DNA of 64,000 nt. It comes from Solirubrobacterales bacterium. Its GTDB lineage: Bacteria; Actinomycetota; Thermoleophilia; Solirubrobacterales; 70-9. The notes beneath the pieces are model-generated. The model saw only the letters and a list, made by a program, of their open reading frames with translations, had not been told where the DNA came from and did no database searches. Where the stretch lies: positions 338-64,337 of the forward strand of contig DATLSM010000073.1 of assembly GCA_035534175.1 (NCBI GenBank), given 5' to 3'. The position numbers and the translations under genes are program-made. Positions 1 to 8,953 of this stretch are shown here, piece by piece (positions within the stretch are counted from its first letter, which is position 1; every line of letters begins with the position of its first letter).

Positions 1-894
1 CCCGCAGCGCGGCCAGCGCAGCACCGAGGGCGGCCGGTACCGCCGAGGCACTGAAGATGAAGGAGCGCGAGGCGATGCGTAGGTACTCGATCACCTCGGT
101 GGGCCCGGCGACGAAGCCACCGCATGAGGCGAGGCTCTTGGAGAAGGTTCCCATCCGCAGGTCGACCTCGGCCTCCAACCCGAACAGCTCACATGCTCCC
201 GCGCCCCGCGCCCCCAGCACCCCCGCCCCATGCGCCTCATCGACCATCAGCCGCGCGCCGTGGGCCTTGCAGAGCTCGACGATCCGTGGCAGGTCGCAGA
301 CGTCGCCCTCCATGGAGAAGACGCCGTCGACGACGACCAGCACACCGCCACCGTCCTCCCCGGCCCGCTCGAGCATCCGCTCCAGCTTGTCCATCCGGTT
401 GTGGCGGAAGGGGCGCAGCTTGGCCCCCGAGAGGCGGCAGCCGTCGAGAATCGAGGCATGGTCGCCGGAGTCGCAGATCACGGTGTCGCCCGGCTCGAGG
501 ATCGTCCCGATGCAGCCGAGATTTGACTGGTAACCGGTGGTGTAGACAATCGCGTCCTCGGCTCCCATCCAGTCCGCCAGCTCTCGCTCCAGCTCGACGT
601 GCAAGGGCGTCGTCCCGTTCAGCAGGCGCGACCCGGTGACGCCGGTCCCGTAGGTCTCCAGGGCGTCGCGCGCCGCCTGCTTGACCCGCTCATCCCCGGT
701 CAGCCCCAGGTAGTTGTTGGAGCCGAGCATGATCCTCTCCCGCCCTTCCATCTCGACCAGGGGGCCGGCCTGGGAGGTGAGCAGCCGGAAGTAGGGGAGA
801 AGGTCGTGGCGCCTGGCCGCATCGAGCTGCTCGAGCCGGTCGTGGTTGCGCGCCTTGTCGAAGACGTCGACGGGGACCTTGGCTGTCTGGCTCA
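1..894 (-). CDS. alpha-oxoamine synthase family PLP enzyme (8-amino-7-oxononanoate synthase / 2-amino-3-ketobutyrate CoA ligase-like); C-terminus lies outside the window
   Basis: Runs off the left edge, so it is absent from the ORF track. Reverse-strand translation from ATG (cat 892-894) reads MSQTAKVPVDVFDKARNHDRLEQL...IMLGSNNYLGLTGDERVKQAA...VDEAHGAGVLG...GTFSKSLASCGG, which includes the PLP-lysine motif. Confidence 0.8.
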
Positions 895-920
895 TCTCTC
901 AGAGTGTAGGTTCCGCACCC

Positions 921-2084
921 ATGGGAAGCGTGGCAATCCGGCCGGTGCGCACGCGACGGGAGCTGAAGCGCTTCGTCAAGGTTCCGTTCGCCCTGCACCG
1001 AGATCACCCCCAGTGGGTGGCGCCGCTGATCTTCGAGCGGATGGAGTTTCTGAACCGCGAGAAGAACCCCTACTTCGAGCACGCCGAGGCCGAGTATTTT
1101 CTCGCCGAGCGCGATGGGGAGCCCCTGGGACGGATCAGCGTCCAGGTCGACCGGCGCTGGGACGAGTTCCAGGGCGGCAGCGACGCGATGTTCGGCTTCT
1201 TCGAGACCACCGACGACTCCGAGGTCGCCTCTGCGCTGCTCGGGGCGGCGAGCGAGTGGGCGCGCTCCCGCGGCCGCTCCCGCATCCTCGGTCCGATGGA
1301 CTTCACCACCAACGACGAGATCGGGATCCTGATCGAGGGCTTCGAGCACCGGCCGATGATCCTCGAGCCCTGGCATCCGCCCCACTACCGGGTGCTGGTC
1401 GAGGCCCAGGGCTTCGAGAAGACGATGGACGTGCAGATGTGGGAACTGCAGTTCGGCGACCTGAAGGAGGGCGAGCGGTTTGACCCGGCGATCCACGCCG
1501 CCGCCGAAAAGGCCCTGAAGGACGAAGGGATCACGATCCGCAACATGCGCAAGCGCGAAATGGCGGCCGAGGTCCGACGCTTCATGGACGTCTACAACGA
1601 GGCCTGGGGTGACAACTGGGGCTTCGTTCCGATCACCGATGCGGAGGTCGAGTTCCAGGCCAAGAACCTGAAGCAGGTGCTCGACGAGGACTGGGCCTAC
1701 ATGGCGGAAAAGGACGGCGAGCCGGTGGGCGCCGCCCTCACCCTGCCCGACATCAACCAGGTGATGGCAAAGATGAAGGGCCGACTGTTGCCGTTCGGCT
1801 GGGCCAGGTTCCTGCTCGGCAAACGCAAGATCGATCAGCTGCGGGTGTTCGCCCTGGGGGTCACGCACGAGTACCGGCACTCCGGCGTCGCCGCCGGTCT
1901 CTATCTCAAGCATCTGGAGACGGCGGCCCGGCCGGGAAAGATCGAAGGCGGCGATATGGGCTGGATCCTGGAGAGCAACGGCCCGATGAACCGGGCGATG
2001 GAAGGCATGGGCGGCAAGGTGGTCAAGCGCTACCGGGTCTACGAGAAGACGCTGGGCGACCAGACCCCCCAGGTTGGCGGTTGA
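921..2084 (+). CDS. GNAT-related acyltransferase-like protein (about 390 aa, function unknown)
   Basis: ORF 846-2084. ATG 921 is preferred because it clears the divergent gene start at 894. VAIRPVRTRRELKRFVKVPFALHRDHPQWVAPL...MFGFFE resembles a widespread large GNAT-related family, recalled from memory. Confidence 0.6.
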   Translation: MGSVAIRPVRTRRELKRFVKVPFALHRDHPQWVAPLIFERMEFLNREKNPYFEHAEAEYFLAERDGEPLGRISVQVDRRWDEFQGGSDAMFGFFETTDDSEVASALLGAASEWARSRGRSRILGPMDFTTNDEIGILIEGFEHRPMILEPWHPPHYRVLVEAQGFEKTMDVQMWELQFGDLKEGERFDPAIHAAAEKALKDEGITIRNMRKREMAAEVRRFMDVYNEAWGDNWGFVPITDAEVEFQAKNLKQVLDEDWAYMAEKDGEPVGAALTLPDINQVMAKMKGRLLPFGWARFLLGKRKIDQLRVFALGVTHEYRHSGVAAGLYLKHLETAARPGKIEGGDMGWILESNGPMNRAMEGMGGKVVKRYRVYEKTLGDQTPQVGG

Positions 2085-2145
2085 ACTCCGCAAGTTGCGA
2101 GATTCTCTCGCCCGGCGCTCGAGCGGGCAACGCTAGAGTCCGAGG

Positions 2146-2454
2146 ATGAGCGAGATGGACCTGGAGGCCGAGGTGCTCGCGGAGGAAAACGTCGAAGGCG
2201 CCGCCGCGCAGCCCGTGCGGGCAATTCAGCCCTATGAGAGTCCGGCGCCTCCGGTGCTGCGGGATGAGATTCGCACCGCGGCGGTGGCCGCTGTCGGGGG
2301 GGTTCTCGCCGGCGCCGCCACCGTGGCGGCGGTTCGGGCTGTTGGGGCGAGCGCCCCGCGTCGGTCGAGGCGACTCTCGCGCCGCCGCGACCGCCCCTCC
2401 CAGGTGGTCGCCAGCCGCTCCTTCCTCGTCGACGTCCACCTGCTGGGTCGGTGA
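2146..2454 (+). CDS. hypothetical small membrane-anchored protein
   Basis: ORF 2146-2454 with high GC3. One hydrophobic segment AAVAAVGGVLAGAATVAAVRAV is followed by an Arg-rich tail. The stop overlaps the next start (GTGA at 2451-2454). Confidence 0.4.
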   Translation: MSEMDLEAEVLAEENVEGAAAQPVRAIQPYESPAPPVLRDEIRTAAVAAVGGVLAGAATVAAVRAVGASAPRRSRRLSRRRDRPSQVVASRSFLVDVHLLGR

Positions 2455-3410
2455 TGGGCGGCTCGGCTTCGCTGGAAGTCGAGGTTCGTCCACCTTCTCC
2501 CTTTCGCCTCCCGTCCTCAGGCGGCGAGGACCGGGTGATGCTGGTCCGCGACGGAGTCGCCTCCCGCCTGCTCCACGTCGAAGAGAGTCCCGTCCTGGTT
2601 CGTGCCTGGCAATCGGCGCCCGAGCGCGTCGCGATTCGCGCCGAGCCGGTGGACCCCGCCGTGATCGCCGCCCCACGGGTGCTGCCGTCGCCCGCCGTCG
2701 CCCCGGCCGGCTGCACCCAGCTGGAGGTCGGGATCGAGCGGATGCGCTTCGCCCTGGGGGTCGACGACGACCTGGGCGAGTTTCACCGCCGCTTCCGCCG
2801 CGATCCGCTGCTCGGGCCGCTGCTCCGCCGCAACCCCCACTTCCGGACTCGCCGCCGCCCATTGCCCTGGGAGGCACTCGCTTGGGCTGTCGTCAAGCAG
2901 CTGATCGAGTCAGAGCGTGCGGCCCGGATCCAGCGCCGCATCGTCGGGCGTTGGGGGGCCAGGCTCGGGCGCGAGCGCGAGGGCCTGCGCGACGTCCCCG
3001 GCGCCGCGGCGATCGCCGGGCGGGCACCGGCCGAGCTGGAGTCGATGGGGCTGGCGCTGCGGCGGGCGATCGCCCTGCGTGCCGTCGCCCGCGAGGTGGC
3101 CGCCGGGCGCTGTGACCTCACCGTCGGGGCCGGCGATAAGCGCCTGCTCGCGGTACCCGAGATCGGCCCCTGGACGCTCCAGTGCCTCGGCCTCTTCGGC
3201 CGTGGGGACCCCGACTCCCTGCCCGCCGGCGACCTCGGCTACCTGAAGCTGGTCGGTCGGCTCGCCTGCCTGCGGCGCCGCGCCACGGTGGAGGAGGTGG
3301 AGGAGTTCTACGCTCCGTATGCGCCCTTCCGAGGGCTGGCCGGTGCGCTGACGCTGGCGGGCCTTCACCGGCTCGTGGCGCAGGGTCCGCCACTGCGCTT
3401 TTCCGCCTGA
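2451..3410 (+). CDS. alkA: DNA-3-methyladenine glycosylase II (AlkA-type HhH-GPD glycosylase)
   Basis: ORF 2451-3410. It has PWEALAWAVVKQLI, the helix-hairpin-helix PEIGPWTLQCLGLFG and the catalytic Asp context PAGDLGYLK. Confidence 0.7.
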   Translation: MMGGSASLEVEVRPPSPFRLPSSGGEDRVMLVRDGVASRLLHVEESPVLVRAWQSAPERVAIRAEPVDPAVIAAPRVLPSPAVAPAGCTQLEVGIERMRFALGVDDDLGEFHRRFRRDPLLGPLLRRNPHFRTRRRPLPWEALAWAVVKQLIESERAARIQRRIVGRWGARLGREREGLRDVPGAAAIAGRAPAELESMGLALRRAIALRAVAREVAAGRCDLTVGAGDKRLLAVPEIGPWTLQCLGLFGRGDPDSLPAGDLGYLKLVGRLACLRRRATVEEVEEFYAPYAPFRGLAGALTLAGLHRLVAQGPPLRFSA

Positions 3411-3488
3411 CCTGCACTTGACCCGCATGGCCTGGCGTCTGCAGCGAGGGGCCGTCAAGGAAGCCGTCGATCTGTCGATATCGCACCT

Positions 3489-5792
3489 ATGGAGCGGGTA
3501 GTCGGAGACCGGAGCTGGCCCGAGGAGCAGGTGGAGGAGTTCATCGATCAGATCGCCTCCGGCGGGGCCGACTACCGCCACCTCGTCGAGCGGCTGCCGG
3601 CGATCGTCTACACCTCCGAGTTGGGCGAGCACGGTCGCTGGCGCTACGTCAGCCCCCAGGTTGAGGAGATCCTCGGCTACAGCCCCGAGGACTGGAAGTC
3701 CGACCCGGAGCTGTGGGCCAAGCTCCTGCACCCCGACGACAGGGAGCGGGCTCTCGCTGAGGAGACGAAGGAGACGCTGGGCGAACGCAACCCTCCGCCG
3801 GTCGACTACCGGATGATCACTCGCAGCGGCGAGGTGGTCTGGATCCTGGACGAGGCGGTGCTGGAGTCCGACGAGGACGGGGTGCCGGTCTGGCACGGCG
3901 TGCTCTACGAGATCACCGAGCGCAAGCTCGCCGAGCAGGAGCTCCAGCGCGCCGCCGCCCAGCAGGCCGTGGTCGCGCAGCTGGGCCAGCGGGCTCTGAA
4001 GGACGGCGACCCCGATTCGCTGATGCGGGCGACGGTCTCCCTGATCGAGGGGGTCGAGGGAGTTGACGGGGCCTGCATCTGGGGAGTCGGGCGCGATGGG
4101 CGCCGCCTCCTTCTCCGCGCTGGCCTCGAGGGTCAGGTGACCGGCGCCAGCCGCCGCGTCTCCGCCGCCCGCGACTCCCACGCCGGGGCGGCGCTGGAGT
4201 CCGGGCTGCACGTGATCGTCGGCGAGTGGTCCAGCGAGCAGCGATTCACGATGCCGCCGGTGTTGCGGGTGCTGGGGTTCGCCAGCAGCCTCGCCGTGAT
4301 GATCGACGGCAAGAAGCACCCCTTCGGCGTCCTCGATGTCCACTCCAGCGACCCGGGTCGCTTCGGCCCCCAGGACGTGCACTTCCTCCAGGCGGCGGCG
4401 AACGTGCTGGCCGAGGCGATCGAGCGCCACATCGCCGACCAGGCTCTGCGCCACAGGGTTCTGCACGATCCTCTGACCGGGCTCCCCAACCGGCTCAGCT
4501 TCATCGAGGCTCTGAGCGAGGCGCTGACCCGCGCGAGCGCCTCGGCCTCGCCGGTGGGGGTCCTCTTCCTCGACCTCGACCACTTCAAGTTGATCAACGA
4601 CAGCATGGGCCACCACGCTGGCGACGCCCTGCTCCGCGCGGTCGCCCCGCGCCTGCGCTCGCACCTGCGCCCCGGGGACCTGGTCGCCCGCTTCGGCGGC
4701 GACGAGTTCGGCATCCTGATCGACCGCCTCGTCGACGAGGAGGAGGCGGTGGCGATCGCCGACCGGGTGGCCACCGCCTTCGCCAAGCCCTACTCGATGG
4801 AGGGGATCGAGCACTTCATATCGGCCAGCATCGGGATCGCCGTGGCCCATCCCTCCGACCGCGAGCCGGCCAACGCGGGCCTGCTGATCCGCGATGCCGA
4901 CGCCGCCATGTATCGGGCCAAGGAGAGGGGCCGGGCGCGCTGCGAGGTGTTCGACGCCGAGATGCGGGCGGGGGCCCTGCGCCGGCTGGAGGTCGAGCGC
5001 GACCTGCGCCACGCGCTGGAGCGCGACGAGATGGTTCTGCACTACCAGCCGGTCGTCTCGCTGCGCAGCGGCGAGGTCTGTGGGCTGGAGGCTCTGCTGC
5101 GCTGGCGCCACCCCGAGCGCGGCCTGCTCGACCCCGCCGAGTTCGTCTCCGTCGCCGAGGAAAGCGGCCTGATCGAGCCGCTCGGCCGCTGTGTGCAGGA
5201 GCAGGCCTGCCGCCAGATCCTCGCCTGGCACGAGCAGCGCCCCGATGCCCGCCCCTTCGACGTCTCCGTCAACCTCTCCGCCCGGCAGGTGGCTCACCGT
5301 GACCTGCCCGCGGTCGTCGCTGAGACCCTTGTCCGCACCGGCCTGGACCCCCGCCACCTTCGCCTGGAGATCACCGAGAGCGTCCTGGTAGAGGAGTCGG
5401 CGACCGCGCAGGCCACCCTGGAGGCCCTGACTGAGATCGGAGTGCGGCTGGTGCTCGATGACTTCGGCACCGGCTACTCCTCTCTCGCCTACCTCAACCG
5501 CTTTCCCTTCGACGCGCTGAAGATCGACCGCTCCTTCGTCGAGGCCCTGGGGATCGAACAGGAGCGCACGGCGATCGTCGAGGCGATCATCGGCATGGCC
5601 CGAGCGCTGTCCCTCGACGTGATCGCCGAGGGGGTGGAGAACGAGGCGCAGCTCTCCGAGCTCCGCCGCCTGGGCTGCGACTACGCCCAGGCCCATCTCT
5701 TCTCTGCCGCCGTGGCGCCGGAGGAGGTTCCCGCCCTCCTTGGCGACGGGTCCTCCTCCCCCTATTCGGGAATCTTTTCAGCCGGAAGGTAG
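3489..5792 (+). CDS. PAS-GAF-GGDEF-EAL signalling protein (diguanylate cyclase/phosphodiesterase)
   Basis: ORF 3489-5792. It has a PAS region (PEDWKSDPELWAKLLHPDD), a GAF-like middle, GGDEF (RFGGDEFGIL) and EAL motifs (GLEALLRWRHP, DDFGTGYSSL). Confidence 0.9.
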   Translation: MERVVGDRSWPEEQVEEFIDQIASGGADYRHLVERLPAIVYTSELGEHGRWRYVSPQVEEILGYSPEDWKSDPELWAKLLHPDDRERALAEETKETLGERNPPPVDYRMITRSGEVVWILDEAVLESDEDGVPVWHGVLYEITERKLAEQELQRAAAQQAVVAQLGQRALKDGDPDSLMRATVSLIEGVEGVDGACIWGVGRDGRRLLLRAGLEGQVTGASRRVSAARDSHAGAALESGLHVIVGEWSSEQRFTMPPVLRVLGFASSLAVMIDGKKHPFGVLDVHSSDPGRFGPQDVHFLQAAANVLAEAIERHIADQALRHRVLHDPLTGLPNRLSFIEALSEALTRASASASPVGVLFLDLDHFKLINDSMGHHAGDALLRAVAPRLRSHLRPGDLVARFGGDEFGILIDRLVDEEEAVAIADRVATAFAKPYSMEGIEHFISASIGIAVAHPSDREPANAGLLIRDADAAMYRAKERGRARCEVFDAEMRAGALRRLEVERDLRHALERDEMVLHYQPVVSLRSGEVCGLEALLRWRHPERGLLDPAEFVSVAEESGLIEPLGRCVQEQACRQILAWHEQRPDARPFDVSVNLSARQVAHRDLPAVVAETLVRTGLDPRHLRLEITESVLVEESATAQATLEALTEIGVRLVLDDFGTGYSSLAYLNRFPFDALKIDRSFVEALGIEQERTAIVEAIIGMARALSLDVIAEGVENEAQLSELRRLGCDYAQAHLFSAAVAPEEVPALLGDGSSSPYSGIFSAGR

Positions 5793-6781
5793 GCGTTGCT
5801 CAGCACTTCAGATGGTGGTGGCAGCGTCTTGATCAGTTCGTTATCGCGCATCCAGGCGATGAAGTTGCGCCACTGGGTGGGGTCCATGTAGCCGTAGGGG
5901 TGGCCGTGGGGGTTTGGCGCGAGCAGCGGCAATGTCGCCTTCATCTCCTCGGCGGTCAGCTTCGGTTCGAGGCTGTGGTTCGCTTCCAGCACCGCCTCGG
6001 TGGCCGACTTTGGGTTCTTGACCGCCGCCGCGGTGCCCCGGTCGAGGGCCGCGATGAACAGCCGGATCGATTCCGGGTCCGCTTCGAGGTGCTTGCGTTG
6101 GGCGACCAGCACCAGCTCGTCGTAGGTGGGCACCCCGAGCCTGTTGACCGGGATCACAAGCGGGTGTTTGCCGCGTTCGCGCAGGTCGATGGCCTCCACG
6201 TTGAGGTAGCCGCCGAGCATCGCCTGGGCGCTGCCGCCGACCAGTGCCGGCAACAGCCCGAAGCCGGCATTGACCGCCCTGACGTTGGCCGGGGTGAGGT
6301 TGGCGCGGGCCAGGATCGTCTTCAGAAAGGCGTTCTGGTAGGGGATGCCGGCGGTGGCGATCGTCTTGCCGCGCAGTTCGCCGACCCTCCTGATCCCCGA
6401 TTTCTTCAGCCAGATCAAGGAGGTCAGCGGCTGGTTGACCAGCGCCCCGACGGCGACCACGCCGAGGCCCTGCTGGCGGGCGAGCATCACCTCGGGCTCA
6501 TAGGAGATCGCCAGGTCGCTCTGGCCGGCGGCGACCTCCTTGATCGGCTCCGATGGGTCCGAGGGGGCGGCGATGCTGACGTCCAGCCCCGCTTCCTTGA
6601 AGTAGCCGAGCTTCTGCGCCATGTAGATCCCGGCGTGGTCGGGGTTGGGGTAGAAGTCGAGCGTCAGGCTGAAGGGCTGGGCTTGGCCGCTGACGCTGGA
6701 GCTCTTCTCGCCGCAGGCGGCGAGGGCGAGGGCGAGGAGGGCGAGGCAGAGCGCCACTGCCGGGATTCGGCGGAGCTTCAC
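5762..6781 (-). CDS. ABC transporter substrate-binding lipoprotein, NMT1/THI5-SsuA-like
   Basis: ORF 5762-6781 with a GTG start. It has the lipobox LALLALALAACGE and LDFYPNPDHAGIYMAQKLGYFKEAGLDV, which is typical of the nitrate/sulfonate/HMP binding family. Confidence 0.8.
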   Translation of the reverse strand: MKLRRIPAVALCLALLALALAACGEKSSSVSGQAQPFSLTLDFYPNPDHAGIYMAQKLGYFKEAGLDVSIAAPSDPSEPIKEVAAGQSDLAISYEPEVMLARQQGLGVVAVGALVNQPLTSLIWLKKSGIRRVGELRGKTIATAGIPYQNAFLKTILARANLTPANVRAVNAGFGLLPALVGGSAQAMLGGYLNVEAIDLRERGKHPLVIPVNRLGVPTYDELVLVAQRKHLEADPESIRLFIAALDRGTAAAVKNPKSATEAVLEANHSLEPKLTAEEMKATLPLLAPNPHGHPYGYMDPTQWRNFIAWMRDNELIKTLPPPSEVLSNAYLPAEKIPE

Positions 6782-6790
6782 CCCTGCTTT

Positions 6791-7543
6791 CTATCGCCAA
6801 GTGACGACACGGCGCTCTGCGAGGGCGCATAGCCCGAAGAGGCCGATCGCCATCGCGGAGAGGACGACAACCGCGGCGAATTGTCTCGCCACCTCGAATT
6901 GGTAGCCATCCTGGTTGATCAGGTAGCCAAGTCCGGATTCCGGGTTTGCCAGCTCGGCAAAGACGGCACCGATGACGGCCACGGCTACCGCGATCTTTGC
7001 CCCGCTGAAGGCGTAGGGCAATGCGGTCGGGGCCTCCAGCCGGCGGAAGGTCTGCCAGCGGGAGGCGTCGAGGGTCCGCATCATCTTGATCGCATCGGGA
7101 TCGACGGCCCGCAGTCCGTCGAGCGTGTTGACGGTGATCGGGAAGAAGCAGATCAGGGCCACGATCGCCAGCTTCGGCCCGATCCCGTAGCCGAACCAGA
7201 CGATCAGGATTGGGGCTATGACCACGATCGGGATCGTCTGCGAGGCGACGATCAGGGGGTAGAGGGCGCGGCGCATCGTCTCGAAGAGGTGCAGGACGAC
7301 GGCAAATGCGAGTCCGGCGGCCAGGGCGCAGCCAAAGCCGACGACGACCTCCCGCAACGTCACCCAGGCGTTTTCGGCCAGCAGCGCCCGGCCGTCCCAG
7401 AGCGAGGTCGCGATTTCAGCCGGGGAGGGGACGAGGAAGGATTCGATATGCAGCGCGCCGGCCAGCGCGCCGTTGCTGGCGACCACCTGCCAGGCGCCGA
7501 TCAGGGCCGCCAGGACGACGGCGGGGAGCAGCCAGCGCTTCAT
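6791..7543 (-). CDS. ABC transporter permease
   Basis: ORF 6791-7780 trimmed to ATG 7543 (MKRWLLPAVVLAALIGAWQV). It is multi-TM. There is an ATGA overlap with the stop of the upstream ATPase gene. Confidence 0.8.
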   Translation of the reverse strand: MKRWLLPAVVLAALIGAWQVVASNGALAGALHIESFLVPSPAEIATSLWDGRALLAENAWVTLREVVVGFGCALAAGLAFAVVLHLFETMRRALYPLIVASQTIPIVVIAPILIVWFGYGIGPKLAIVALICFFPITVNTLDGLRAVDPDAIKMMRTLDASRWQTFRRLEAPTALPYAFSGAKIAVAVAVIGAVFAELANPESGLGYLINQDGYQFEVARQFAAVVVLSAMAIGLFGLCALAERRVVTWR

Positions 7544-8361
7544 CGGGAGCCCTGCCGAAGCGCGCGCATCGCCTCCTCGCGCACCGCGACGAATCCCGGC
7601 TCGGTGACCGCCTCGTCGCGTTCGGCCGCGCGCGGCGCCGGCGCTCGCAGCTCGGCGACTACCCTGGCCGGCCTCGCCGAGAGCACCGCCACCCGGTCGG
7701 AGAGGTAGAGCGCCTCCTCCACGTCGTGGGTGACGAGGACGACGGTGCGCGGGGCGGCCCCCAGCGCTCCGGCCAGCCATCCCTGCATCTCAGCCCGGGT
7801 GATCGCGTCGAGGGAGGCGAAGGGCTCATCCAGCGCCAGCACCGGCTTGCCGGCGACCAGGGTGCGCAGGAAGGCGACCCGTTGGCGCATGCCGCCGGAC
7901 AGCTCTGCGGGCCGCGAGTGCTCGAAGCCGGCGAGGCCGAAGCGACCGAACAGCGCCCCCGCCTCCCGTCGCGCCCGGGCTTTCCCGACGCCGCGGTTGC
8001 GGAGTGCCAGGGCGGCGTTGTCGATCGCCGAGAACCAGGGCATCAGCAGGTCGCGCTGGGGCATGTAGGCGCAGCGCTCGAGTCGGCCCTCAGCATCTGG
8101 CGCGCCGCCGACCGCCAGCTCTCCCGCCGAGGGCTCTCGCAGGCCGCAGATCAGCTCCAGCAGCGTCGACTTGCCGCAGCCCGACGGCCCGACCAGGCCG
8201 ATCACCTCATGGGGCGCGGCCTCGAGGTCGAGGCGTTCGATCGTCAGCAGCTCGCCGTAGGAGTGGCGCAGGCCGCGGATCGAGACCCCGGCTGGCGCCA
8301 GCGCGGCGGTGGCCGCAGGAGTGCCGCTGCGCTGGGCGAAATCCGTGACCTCGGCGGGCAT
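7540..8361 (-). CDS. ABC transporter ATP-binding protein
   Basis: ORF 7540-8463 trimmed to ATG 8361 (MPAEVTDF). It has Walker A GPSGCGKSTLL, signature LSGGMRQRV and Walker B VLALDEPF. Confidence 0.85.
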   Translation of the reverse strand: MPAEVTDFAQRSGTPAATAALAPAGVSIRGLRHSYGELLTIERLDLEAAPHEVIGLVGPSGCGKSTLLELICGLREPSAGELAVGGAPDAEGRLERCAYMPQRDLLMPWFSAIDNAALALRNRGVGKARARREAGALFGRFGLAGFEHSRPAELSGGMRQRVAFLRTLVAGKPVLALDEPFASLDAITRAEMQGWLAGALGAAPRTVVLVTHDVEEALYLSDRVAVLSARPARVVAELRAPAPRAAERDEAVTEPGFVAVREEAMRALRQGSR

Positions 8362-8409
8362 CCCCCTATCCTCGCGCACTGCGGGCCGCGGTTCGCATCG
8401 AGGCGATCG

Positions 8410-8423
8410 GCCGAGCGCTCGGC
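8410..8423. promoter_or_regulatory. perfect 14-bp palindrome GCCGAGCGCTCGGC in the divergent ABC / Rrf2 promoter region (candidate operator)
   Basis: Read directly. It lies 24 nt upstream of the rrf2 ATG (8447) and 49 nt upstream of the ABC ATPase ATG (8361). Confidence 0.3.
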
Positions 8424-8446
8424 GCTGGGACTGATTTACTGCCCGC

Positions 8447-8902
8447 ATGCGTGTCTCCGCCAAAGCCGATTACGCCGTCCGGGCGGCGGCGGAGCTGGCC
8501 GCCGCCGGGGAGGGGCCGATCAAGGGCGAGCGACTGGCCGAGGCCCAGGACATTCCGCTCCAATTCCTGGAGCACATCCTGCTGGAGATGAAGCACGCGG
8601 GAATCGTCCGCGCCCGGCGCGGCGCCAAGGGCGGCTACTGGCTCGCTCGTCCCGCCGCCGAGGTGACCATCGCCGACGTGGTGCGCGCGGTTGAGGGTCC
8701 GATCGCCGACGTCCAATCCGCCCCGCCGGAGGCGCTCGAATACCGCGGCAACGCCGAGCACCTGCAGGAAGTCTGGATCGCCGTGCGGGCCAGCCTGCGT
8801 GCCGTGCTCGAGCAGGTCACCCTCGCCGACCTCGTCTCCGGCGAGCTGCCGCCGGTGGTGGGGGAGCTGGCCGGCGCTCCCGACGCCTGGGTCGCCCGCT
8901 GA
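8447..8902 (+). CDS. Rrf2 family transcriptional regulator (no Cys cluster, CymR-like)
   Basis: ORF 8447-8902. It has MRVSAKADYAVRAAAELA...IPLQFLEHILLEMKHAGIVRARRGAKGGYWLAR. The protein contains no cysteine. Confidence 0.85.
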   Translation: MRVSAKADYAVRAAAELAAAGEGPIKGERLAEAQDIPLQFLEHILLEMKHAGIVRARRGAKGGYWLARPAAEVTIADVVRAVEGPIADVQSAPPEALEYRGNAEHLQEVWIAVRASLRAVLEQVTLADLVSGELPPVVGELAGAPDAWVAR

Positions 8903-8953
8903 CCCGCGGGCCGATCGGGGCTGGCGTCAGACCCATTTGGCCCTCTCGGTCGG

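Noticed and set aside
2910-5696. A 928-aa ORF on the minus strand. Comparable long antisense ORFs occur at 690-2093, 27527-29167, 35131-36495, 47172-48764, 54029-55858, 59962-61149 and 61065-62321.
   Set aside because: Each lies antisense to a gene with unambiguous family motifs. Each is rich in Arg, Gly, Ala, Pro and Asp and has no recognisable motif. These are classic stop-codon-poor shadow frames of high-GC DNA.
8362-8446. A TPP riboswitch upstream of the NMT1/THI5-like ABC operon (a ThiY-type HMP uptake idea).
   Set aside because: The leader is only 85 nt. It lacks the CTGAGA and ACCTGA core elements on the relevant strand.
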